DNA of 64,000 nucleotides from Hormiphora californensis. Lineage: Eukaryota; Animalia; Ctenophora. The translations under genes and the position numbers were made by a program. This document shows positions 1-12,000 of the stretch, one piece after another (the stretch's first letter is position 1; each line of letters opens with the position of its first letter). The notes beneath the pieces were generated by a model. The model ran no database searches. It was given only the letters and a program-made list of their open reading frames with translations, and had not been told where the DNA came from. The stretch covers positions 5,766,001 to 5,830,000 of the forward strand of contig CM035355.1 of NCBI GenBank assembly GCA_020137815.1. Direction: 5' to 3'.

Positions 1-3000
1 ACCATCCTACAATACAGTACTACTGTGTTGGGCATCACGGACACCTTCTACCAGAATGAGATACTGGTGTTTGTATCTAGGAAGGAAAATCATGAACCAC
101 TTGGTATGTTGATTTTTTAAGTTGTTCGACAGTTTGTATGTTTCGGATGCAATGAATGTGACTAAAAAACAGATTGGTTAACTTATAAGTTATGGTTAAC
201 TATTTTTTCCCCGCCCGGGTGAAGGCCGAAGGCCTTCACCCGGATGCCTTTTGCAAAAAGGCATACGGGGTTTGGCAGGTCGGTAGAACTTCGACAGAAT
301 TTAGGGTAGGTCAATTTAGGGTAGGTCTGAATTTAGGGTAGGTCTGAATTTAGGGTAGGTCTGAATTTAGGGTAGGTCTGAATTTAGGGTAGGTCTGAAT
401 TTAGGGTAGGTCTGAATTTAGGGTAGGTCTGAATTTAGGGTAGGTGAATTTAGGGTAGGTCTGAATTTAGGGTAGGTCTGAATTTAGGGTAGGTCTGAAT
501 TTAGGGTAGGTGAATTTAGGGTAGGTCTGAATTTAGGGTAGGTCCGTAACGTATCGTTTATCAAAGCATTGCAATTCGATATTAGGTTCTGATTAGGTCG
601 CTGAACCGCGTCCCGTATCTCGTATCAACTCATTTCAATTCGATCTTAGTCACCGATTAGGTCGCTGAACCACTTCCCGTATCTCGTATCAACTCATTTC
701 AATTCGAGGTTAGACACAAATTAGGTCCCTGAACTGCGTCCCGTATCTCGTATCAACTCATTTCAATTCGATCTTAGTCACCGATTAGGTCGCTGAACCA
801 CGTCCCGTATCTCGTATCAACTCATTGAAATTCGAGGTTAGACACAAATTAGGTCCCTGAACTGCGTCCCGTATCTCGTATCAACTCATTTCAATTCGAT
901 CTTAGTCACCGATTAGGTCGCTGAACCACGTCCCGTATCTCGTATCAACTCATTGAAATTCGAGGTTAGACACAAATTAGGTCCCTGAACTGCGTCCCGT
1001 ATCTCGTATCAACTCATTTCAATTCGATCTTAGTCACCGATTAGGTCGCTGAACCACGTCCCGTATCTCGTATCAACTCATTGAAATTCGAGGTTAGACA
1101 CAAATTAGGTCCCTGAACCGCGTCCCGTATCTCGTATCAACTCATTTCAATTCGATCTTTGTCACCGATTAGGTCGCTGAACCGCGTCCCATATCTCGTA
1201 TCAACTCATTGGAATTCGAGGTTAGACACAAATGAGATGGCAAACGAATTGTTTTTTTTCTTTCTTAAACAGGTTTCAACTCAGGATGGAACTCTTAAAG
1301 TCTACGTGCAAAACTAATAATTTCATTTGATGCAATACGGAACACAGTATACCGACCTAACTCAGTTCACCTACTTTAAGTAGTACTTAGTCTCGGTGAC
1401 TAAGATCGAATTGAAATGAGTTGATACGAGATACGGGACGCGGTTCAGGGACCTAATTTGTGTCTAACCTCGAATTTCAATGAGTTGATACGAGATACGG
1501 GACGTGGTTCAGCGACCTAATCGGTGACTAAGATCGAATTGAAATGAGTTGATACGAGCTACGGGACGCGGTTCAGCGACCTAATCAGAACCTAATGTCG
1601 AATTGCAATGCTTTAATAAACGATACGTTACGGACCTACCCTAAATTCAGACCTACCCTAAATTCAGACCTACCCTAAATGCACCTACCCTAAATTCAGA
1701 CCTACCCTAAATTCAGACCTACCCTAAATTCAGACCTACCCTAAATTGACCTACCCTAAATTCTGTCGAAGTTCTACCGACCTGCCGCAACATGTAGCAA
1801 CTAGAGCCGCGCACACAACAACAACCTGCTCCTTCATAAACCACTTCATTGACACGTTTTCAGGAAATGTGTGGCACGCAATTCCGCAATGTGGCGCGCA
1901 ATTTAGTGCTACTAAAACACAAGGATTTGTTCTATACTGTTTGCGTGATTTATAAATCATCCGAAATGTCTGTCCCGCCTTCGTGTTAGAAATGAAACGT
2001 TGGCGGGGAAACATAGCATTATGAAACATAATGCATTTATTCTTGTTGAAATTGACATTAAATTGTCAAGTTCCAGACTATGCAAGTTGCAACACATATA
2101 TCTCGAGATCCTCCTCAGATCTCCTGGAGTTCACAGTCCACAACAGACCGTACTTCTTTGCTGTCACACTCCTTGATGGTGTCTGGCACTCTGTCTGTCT
2201 GTCATGGTCTACAGCTACTGTAGAGGTCAGCACGGGTAATGTGAGCCTGGTGTACGATGGTGTGCTGTTCGAGGGTCCCAGCACTAAAGCAGGTAATTAA
2301 TTAGTTAGTTAATTAATTAGTTTATAACTAGCGTATTAGATATTATAATTGGTAATTAGATGTACGAAATCTACTTTGTTCTGCGCTCCTCACACCATTT
2401 CCAACATCCCCCTACTTACAGTGTGGCCTACGAACCAGTTCAACAAGACAGTGACTGACGGTGGATCGCTTTATTTGGGACGGCAGTTAGGTGAAGATAT
2501 AGAGGAAACTCTACCATTCGAGTGAGTTGTAGACCCCTCCCATTGAACATACCACATGTTACACGTGGTATTAGTCATCCAAGCTGCTCTAATACCACTC
2601 AGATTCTTAAATACATCTCTCTAAACACCCTCAATCTCTCCCTCACTCCCTGACCACTCTCTCTCCAATCACCCTCTCTCCACCCTCTTTCTGAACACCC
2701 TCAATCTCTCCACCCCTCACTCCCTGACCACTCTCTCTCTCCAATCACCCATTCTTGTACTACAGGGGCTCCCTGTTGAACCTGAACGTTTGGAATGTCA
2801 GCCTGACCACGGAGGAGATGATACAGATGACAAAGAAAGTGGGGAGTTTCAAGTGCTCTCAAATCGTGTCACGTGATTATGACGTCATGCTAAGGTGGAG
2901 GGACCTTCTCAACTACGCATCCGCAGGTATACTTTTTAACAGGTTTATACACTTCCCTCATAGCTTTAATGAACGCGACATAATGAATCGTCCTCCCTCC

Positions 3001-6000
3001 TAAGATGTGGAGATACAGACGGTGAGTGATCACCAATACTGTGGACTGTTGAGGTACGAGGAACCCATCATGGAGAAACCCTTTCACCATACACTTCGAA
3101 CTGCGGAGGACAAGGAACCCGGACAAGCTGTCAGATTCGGTGATACCGTCAGGTAGGGTGCTGACAGGCAGGGTTTTATCCAGTGGGACCCCCGATCACA
3201 TCTCCCTCTTTATACACCCCTTACAACTCCCCTCTCCCCCTCTCACAACTAACAAGTGACAACTCCAAATGACAAATCTCCCTCTTTATACACCCTTTAC
3301 AACTCCCCTCGTCCCCCTCTCCAGGATTGTCCAGGCGGATTCCACCTATACCCAGATCCAGTGTACAGGCACGGCATGCACCTTCACACAGTGTGCTGTG
3401 GGAGATGACTGTGGGTCTACCTTTATCATCCTATCACCTTACTGGACTATTGGGAGAGCTGTTGCTATATCCGATGATGTTTATTTTGTTGATTCAACTG
3501 ATACTACTGTCTCCCTTACGGTATTAATAGCTTATGTGATTTAATTGCATTGGGTACACTTTAATTGGGTATAGTACGCTCATTGATATTGGCTATAATT
3601 GAATCATTGGGACATAACATATCGTTTCTTTCATGATGTACAGTGATTGACAGTGACTCTTTCTTTTCAGAGTTTGGATACTACGAATGGTAGTTTTGAG
3701 TTGGACAAGAACATCAACAAGATTAAAATCGAGATCGACTATGTAGGATGGAAGGTTAGTGTCACTATATTCTAGTGGTAGGGGGCATCCTAGTTTCAAG
3801 TTTCTTGGGCTGTTCAGAACGGGCTAGATGCCCTCTTTTCAACAAGCCCAAAATGAAGCAATTTTACCAAGAAATGGCAGAGTTATGACCAAAAACGTCA
3901 CATTTTAATTTTAATTTTAACGTTGGTGTGTGGTGACTCTGACATGGTGACATGCTAAATCCAAATTGTTAGCTTCGACCATTTCAATCCCCTACCTATC
4001 CCTTGTAATATCCATCCTCTTTCCACACATACTTCATTACGCTGCAGCTAGGTTGATATATTAACCACTGCATTGTCTGCAGGTTGATGACGTAGAGGAC
4101 GAATGTCCAGTTGATGAGTGTGTCAAAGAAACTACAAGATCGTGCGCTGGCAATGTCACGGAGTGTCCTGGAAATTCAACTATTTACTCAGCATGCGACT
4201 GTAGCGAAGGTACTAGAGAAAATTGGGGCAATATGTTTTTGTCCTCTAACCTCTTATTCTCATACTCATTTCACTCCTACCACGTTCGAAGCCTCCACAA
4301 TATCACATGGCTCCAATCTACTAGTAGTGTCATTATTAGTGAATTAGTGTTACTAACCTGTATCTCCCTCAATTGCAGCCCACCAGGGGTGTGGTGTGAC
4401 CCCGGTTGAAGAGAGCGAGTTAGTGTTACTATATTAGTGTTACTAACCTGTATCTCCCTCAATTGCAGCTCACCAGGGGTGTGGTGTGACCCCGGTTGAA
4501 GAGAGCGAGTTTGCGGGAACCTACTCCTGGCAGACCTACACAATTGCTGACAATACCAAGAAGTGGTATGCCATCTGTCAGTACGGGTCTTTCAATGACC
4601 GGTATCTCCCAATGGTAAGTGCATGGTTTCTAAAATAAAGCTTTTGTAATACAAGAATTGTAAGAAATATTGTCTTGTGACAAACTATGCAGCTGTTAGC
4701 AGTCGATCTCGCCCCCTACAATACTAAGTGATTCTATGTCTCTATGCCTCTAACGGTTCTATATGTCTCAGGTAGTGGTCGCGGAGTGCAATGGAGCTGG
4801 GATGACGCCCCATTATGAAAACATCACATGTGCATTCCAATCCCAGGCTGCCCAGGCTTTATACATGCTGCTATATGGTGACAGTACCACCAAGGTAAGT
4901 AATAAGTTAATTGATTAGTTAGTTAATTAGTTAGTTAATTAGGCTCTATATATAATACACTATACTACTAACACTAACCCTCATTCTGTCTGTAGATTGA
5001 CAACGAGAATGTTGCTGACTTTGCGTTGAAGGCATCGAATGCGGTAGAAAATGCAGACGATCTGGGAACAGTTCACGTGGAGTTAGCTGCAGAGATCACA
5101 TTACAGATATCTGATACCACCAACATTACCACTGAGGTAGCCATCACATTACAGATATCTGATACCACCAACATTACCACTGAGGTAGCCATCACATTAC
5201 AGATATCTGATACCACCAACATTACCACTGAGGTAGCCATCACATTACAGATATGGGGGGGGGTCCAGCCCTAAAAAAAGCTAAGCTATCGGCCAAAATC
5301 AGGGTACCTTTAGCTTTTTTTAGCTTTTTTTTAGCTTTTTTTAGCTTTTTTTTTAGCTTTTTTTAGCTTTTTTTAGCCTTTTTTAGCCTTTTTTAGCTTT
5401 TTTTAGCTTTTTTTAGGCTAAAAAAAGCTTAAAAAAAGCTAAAATTGAGTTTTTAGTGGATTCATATAGGTTCGAATCCCGCTGACGCCAAATTTTTTAA
5501 ACTTTTATTATAACGTTTTATAACGTTTTTTGAACTTTTTTAAAACTATTTTTATCAAATTTGAATAATATTTTTATCGAAAAAATGTCTCCAGAAAATG
5601 GCAGTAGGGGTGGATACAGAAATTGCTATGTATGGACATAAACGGTAGATTATGGTAAAAAAATGTGCAGGAAATGAACAAATGCAGTCAATAGACGCCC
5701 GGAAGGATGAAAATTTAATGGAAAAGTGTCAAGATGAATGCTGAAAAAACATAAAAAGTAGGGCTAAAAAAAGCTAAAAAAAGCTAAAAAAAGCTAAAAA
5801 AAGCAAACATAAAAAAGCAATCGACCAAAATCAGGGTACCTTTAGCTTTTTTAGGGCTGGACCCCCCCCCCCCCCCCCCCCAGATATCTGATACCACCAA
5901 CATTACCACTGAGGTAGATCACATTACAGATATCTGATACCACCAACATTACCACTGAGGTAGCCATCACATTACAGATATCTGATACCAGCAACATTAC

Positions 6001-9000
6001 CACTGAGGTAGATCACATTACAGATATCTGATACCACCAACATTACCACTGAGGTAGCCATCACATTACAGATATCTGATACCACCAACATTACCACTGA
6101 GGTAGATCACATTACAGATATCTGATACCACCATGGTTCTCCCTCGCCAATGCTCTGAATTCTGACAGACCAATAACTACTATAATTCACTACTAATACT
6201 ACTACACATTACTAATCTACTAACCAACTTACTCCCCTATTTTCTAAGTTTCCAACCATCTTAATCCCCTGTATTGTCTAGGTAACTGATAACGTGCTAA
6301 ACGTGTTTGACGCGTTGTCTGTTAGCGTTAGTGATGAAGATATCACGAAGAGTGCAAAAGAGAATAACGCCCCTAAAAAGTAAGTGTTGTACTGTTCTAG
6401 GTTTCTAGGTTTTCAGTCTGCTTTTAAGTTCCTAGTTCCTGTTGCCATGCTACGCAGTCTGTCCATTCGTCGAGTCAAGCTTCGGTGTGAGAGCCGACAG
6501 ACTGGGAGCATGTCAATTTACCTGTGTCCTGTACCAATTTACCTGTACCAAAGTATCTGGTCGGGTACAACAGATGCGGTAAAATCTCCCTCCCTCTATT
6601 CCTGTACAGGTTGCTAACTGCATTCCCTTCTACAGGTTGCTAACGTCAATAGATGCAGCTGCAAAGAAGATGCAGACGGGAGAGAATGGGACTGTGAGTC
6701 TCAAGAAGACCAGTGTGGGAATGAGTGTCATGGATGTGGACCCAGACCAAGAGGGACCGGTATGTGAATTGGGGGTCGGGGATTGCCAACCCCCAATAAG
6801 CTGATATCCCCCCATTCAATCACAATCCCCGACCAACGCTTGGATCCAAGTGCAGATCCGTTAAGAATTTAGGTGCCGGCAGGCACCTCCGACCCGAAGA
6901 AAACAGCAAAAAACGAAAAAAAGAAAAAAAAATTTTGCCCCTGCACAAAAACCCAAAAATGCCGGTAGTAGGGACGAATCTTAATTTTTTGACTCACTAT
7001 TTGGTTCAAAGCAAATTCCGGTTGTAACCCACCTATTTTGACCCGCTGAACACGATCCCGTCCATAGGCAAGCTCGCAAAAGTGAAGAAAATGCCCAAAT
7101 CGGCCACGCCCTTTTACCTGTATTTTCAGCCTGTAGCCAAAAACATAAATCCTCTTAGAATAGGAGTAGAGACAAATCTGAGGGCACTAAAGTGATCAGC
7201 GCCCTCGCATTAGTGGGGATAGGTGCTGGAATTAAGTCTCTATCTCATCTGGTTAATTAGATAATTGGATAATTAGGTTTGCACATAACCGTTTTTTGGC
7301 TATATGGCTATAGCCACTTAGGAATGGTTTAGAGACTTTTCACTGGCGCCATTTTGTAGGCAATAGCCAAGTTATGGGGGGTCGACGTCGGACTTTTAAG
7401 CTCTATCTCCAACCGTTTAGCCGTTATTGGGCTTAATCGATGCTCAAAATGAGCGAAAAACGGTAAAAAGCCCGATTTTGAGCATCGTTTAAGCCAAATA
7501 ACGGCTAAACGGTTGGAGATAGAGCTTAAAAGTCCGACGTCGACCCCCCATAACTTGGCTATTGCCTACAAAATGGCGCCAGTGAAAAGTCTTTAAACCA
7601 TTCCTAAGTGGCTATAGCCATATAGCCAAAAAACGGTTATGCGCAAACCTAATTATCCAATTATCCAATTAACCAGATGAGATAGAGACTTAATTCCAGC
7701 ACCTACCCCAACTAATGCGAGGACGCTGATCACTTTAGTGCCCTCAGATTTGTCTCTACTCCTATTCTAAGAGGATTTATGTTTTTGGCTACAGGCTGAA
7801 AATACAGGTAAAAGGGCGTGGCCGATTTGGGCATTTTCTTCACTTTTGCGAGCTTGCCTATGGACGGGATCGTGTTCAGCGGGTCAAAATAGGTGGGTTA
7901 CAACCGGAATTTGCTTTGAACCAAATAGTGAGTCAACCACTTCTTTTTGTGAGAGATTCGTCCCTACTACGGCCCTATTAAGAACAAAGAAAGGTCTTTT
8001 TTTGGGGGGGGGGGGGGGCAAAAAACATGTCAACGATTGTGGCCACACCGTTTGAGATATCGACTTGAAATTTTGTAGGCATGTTCTTGTAGTGTGTGTG
8101 TGTGTGTTTGAACCTCCCGTACTTCCTCCCACTTTGCTGGTGTCTTACGGGGCCAGCTCCCGGCGAATCAAAATTCTGGCGTTCCTCCCGAGCACCCCAC
8201 ACAAAGAGTTGCTCAGTAGTTCCACTAGTCAGTCCTGTCCAGGGACCCTCCATGGAGGATCCCCTTCGAGGGAAAGGCTAGCTTCACATTCGGTCCGCTT
8301 TTGTTAAGTTTGCCGGTTACTAATCCAGTTAGACACACAGCTGAGAGCACCAGTGTATTTCCACCAGTCTTACGTTACTGGGTTTCCCCAGAAGTAGGTA
8401 TATTGCCGAGCGATGACGCGGCTTCTCTGCCCACACGTAGATGAGAAACGTCATTTCTTCTACCAGCACTTGCCATTTAAGGCCAGAATCCTGCTTCAGG
8501 ACCAGAGTGGTGGCTCGGACTAGGAAGCGACCGAATATTCGGTTCGGTTCGGTTCGGTTCGGAAATTCGGTGTTTTTTGGGCGATTCGGTTCGGTTCGGT
8601 TCGGTAGGAAATTTTGGCCGAACCACCGAATTTTTTGGTCAAAAAATGCCCAGAAATCTGGATTTTTCATGCAAAATTTTTCAATTATTTCACGAAAATT
8701 GTATGGATTTCAATGTCAATTTCGCCGTATTAACCCTATTTCGAATCGGTGGTGCTATGTGGAAATGATTTCGCTAGTTAGCGGGTTCGATATGGATTGA
8801 TTTGATACCTGACTTCCCGTCGAATCGTGTCCTCATGAGAGGGTCAACAAATTCAGAAACTTTTTTTTTCAAAAAATTCATGGAGAGCACCGATCAAGGT
8901 GTTAAGAATCATTCTCTGAAATTTTGTAAAAAAGTTTGGAAAATATTTCAAAGTCAATTTTATGGAAAATTTTCTATGTCAATTTTTGCGTACGAATCGT

Positions 9001-12000
9001 GTTTCGAATCGGTATTGCTAAGCGGGAGTGATGTTGCTAATTAGTGGGTCCGAGATGGATTATGCTGATACGTGATCCCCCATCAAATCTGATTAGGAAG
9101 TTTAGGGGAAGCGATTCATGTTTCAATAAATCCTGCTAATTAGCGAGAGCACTGCCGCATAGCATCACCGATTCGCAACACGATTCGTACGGCAAAATTG
9201 ACATAGATTTTTTTCCGAAATTGACTTTTTGAAATATTTTACAAAGTTTTTTCACAAAATTAAATGTTTCTCTAAAAATTCATGGAGATCATCGATCAAG
9301 GTATTGAGAATCATTACCTGAAATTTTGTGAATTTTTTTTTGTGAAAAATATTTTAAGTAAATTATGGTATACGAATCGTGTTTCTAATCGACAATGCTA
9401 AACGGGAGTGATGTTGGTAATTAGTGGGTCCGAGATAGATTGTGCTGATACGTGATCCCCCATCAAATCTAATTAGGAAATTTAGAGAGACACGATTCAT
9501 GGTTCGTTTAATCCTGCTAATTAGCAATACCATTCCCGTATAGCATTGCCGATTCGAAACACGATTCGTACGCAAAAATTGACATAGAAAATTTACGATA
9601 AAATTGACTTTGAAAATTTTTTCACAAAATTGACTTTGAAATTTTTTCAAACATTTTTTAACAAAATTTCAGAGAATGATTCTCAATACCTTGATCGGTG
9701 CTCTCCATGACTTTTTAGAAAAATATTTATACAGAAAAAGTTTTGTATGGTTCGGTTCGGTTCGGTTACCGAAATTCGGTTCGGTTCGGTAAAAAAGTTT
9801 TTCAAATTCGGTTCGGTTCGGTTCGGTTCGGTGGAAAAAACCCGGTTCGGTCGTTTCCTGGCTCGGACCACCGATTGGTACTCTATGTACCTAATCGGCC
9901 CAGTTTGTAGTGCTTCTAATACGCAGTCTAGTGAAGCGGCACTCTCCCTCAAGGGGTGCTCCATAGCCTGTCAGCCTAAGGTGGCAACCATTGGGATGCT
10001 CTTTCGAGCTCGTTTTGTACCACCCTTCTACATTTTAATGTCTGGGCGGCCCAACTCTCCGGATTATACTATCTGCCTGGGGTGGGGGGCCGGTTTTGAT
10101 TAGGCAGATTCTATTTGAAGAGACCAGATTTCTTTATCAGTGCAGTTAGTTTGCCTAGGTCGATTTTCTGGTCTTTGTCGTAGATGTTTTGTTTTATGTT
10201 TTGGTATCCCAGTGTGTATCTGAGATGATCTAGATCTGGGCATGTTATTAGGACATGTTCCGAGTTCTGTTTTTGGTTGCATAGAGGGCAGTTCGGATTC
10301 TCTCTTGGATCTCTGTGTGCTAAGGAGGAGTTCAAGTTGTTTTGTCCTAAGATTGCCAGTGTGACGTTTCTCATTGTGATCTTATCTGTGAACCATATTT
10401 TTCGGTAGTCTTTGTCTATCTTTGTCATTACCGCAGTGGTAAATTTGTTGTAGTTTTTCTCTTTTAGCTTTGTTTCTGCCACTGTTTTGCAGTAGTCAGC
10501 CAGTTTCTGGTCTTTGTCATATATGTTTTGTTTCTATCGGAAATTTAATTGTTTCAATATCAAGCAAAAGTGAAAGATAAATCTATTAAGTCGCATGACC
10601 GGGATTTGAACCCGGCACCTTATGTTTCTTAGCCCATTTTGTGGCCATTAGACCACGGAGACGTTAGGTAAAGTGAAATTCAGATATACTTATACTGTGC
10701 CGAGATTAGAAATTTTGGCAGAGGTTCCCCAGGGGCACCATGCCCCTACTCGGTTTTTTAGGAGGTTCACCCGTCGCAGTACTCTGGTACGTGCTGTATT
10801 CTGGGGCCTGTCAAAGAGCTGACAGGGGGCTGGGGGTAAGAGCTGGCATCACTCATATTCAAGGAGGTTCACCCGTCGCAGTACTCTGGTACGTGCTGTA
10901 TTCTGGGGCCTGTCAAAGAGCTGACAGGGGGCTGGGGGTAAGAGCTGGCATCACTCATATTCAAGGTTACAAATCTTTAAATTTGTCTTTGTTTCATCTC
11001 ACAACTAGGGCTCAGCACTTTGGCACCTGGTTTGAGGGTGTGTCACAGGGCTGGTTCCCTCATTAGATTTGTACTGGGCGAGCTGATAGGGAAGAGAAGG
11101 GAGAAGATCAGCTGCCTCGAGAACAGATCTCTAAGTTAATACAATTGACCGCATTGTTATGTCACATCAGGCGAACAGTGACGCGGCTAGGGGCTGATAG
11201 GGGAAAAGAGGGAGGAAAGTTTTGGAGAGGGGAAAGAGAAATTAAATTTTGAGAGGAAGGCGAGAATATCAGTGCCACAGAGAAAACAGCAATACCAGGT
11301 TCTGAAATCTCCCCCTAGTTGTTCTTGTAGTATTCCTTTGTGTCATGACGTTGGCGGATTTTTGAATTTTTAATTAATTAATTAATTATAGGTAATTAAA
11401 AACGGTGCAAGGGCACCGTGCCCCTGCACATTGCGTGTTATGTCCCTTGCACCGCGCCCTTGCACCAAATTCTATTTTCCGTTCTGCTTAAAATATCGAC
11501 TTGAAACTTTGTAGGAATGTTCTTCAATCATAAAAGATGATGTTCGAAAAGTGGGAATAGTCAAAATTAATTAATTAGTTAGTTAGAGCCGTGCAAAAAA
11601 TGGAATTTGGTGCAAGGGCAGGCAATGTGCAAGGGCAAATGGTGCAAGGGCAGCCCTTGCACCAATTTTATGATCGAACTGTGTCCACACCGTTTAATAT
11701 TTTGACACGAAACTTTCTATGCATGTTCTAGTAGCATAACTACGAGTACTAGAAGAGCCGTATGATTAATATATCAATTAGGTAATTAATTATAGGCAAA
11801 TTAATTAAAATTTGCCCCTGCACAATTTGTGCAAATTTCCCCTGAACATGTGCCCTTGCACCATTTTGTTTGCCCATGCACTAAATTATATTTTCCGTTC
11901 TGCTTAAAATATCGACTTGAAACTTCCTAGGAATGTTCTTCATGCATAAAACATATAATATAATCTACAGAAAGTGGGAATAGTCAAAATTAATTAATTA

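Noticed and set aside
297-545. Telomeric or interstitial telomere array
   Set aside because: TTAGGG is only part of a 17-bp unit inside a transposon arm.
8329-10103. ORFs with RFGSV/TEPNR repeats
   Set aside because: They are products of (GGTTC)n subterminal repeats of the hAT element; no transposase motifs are present.
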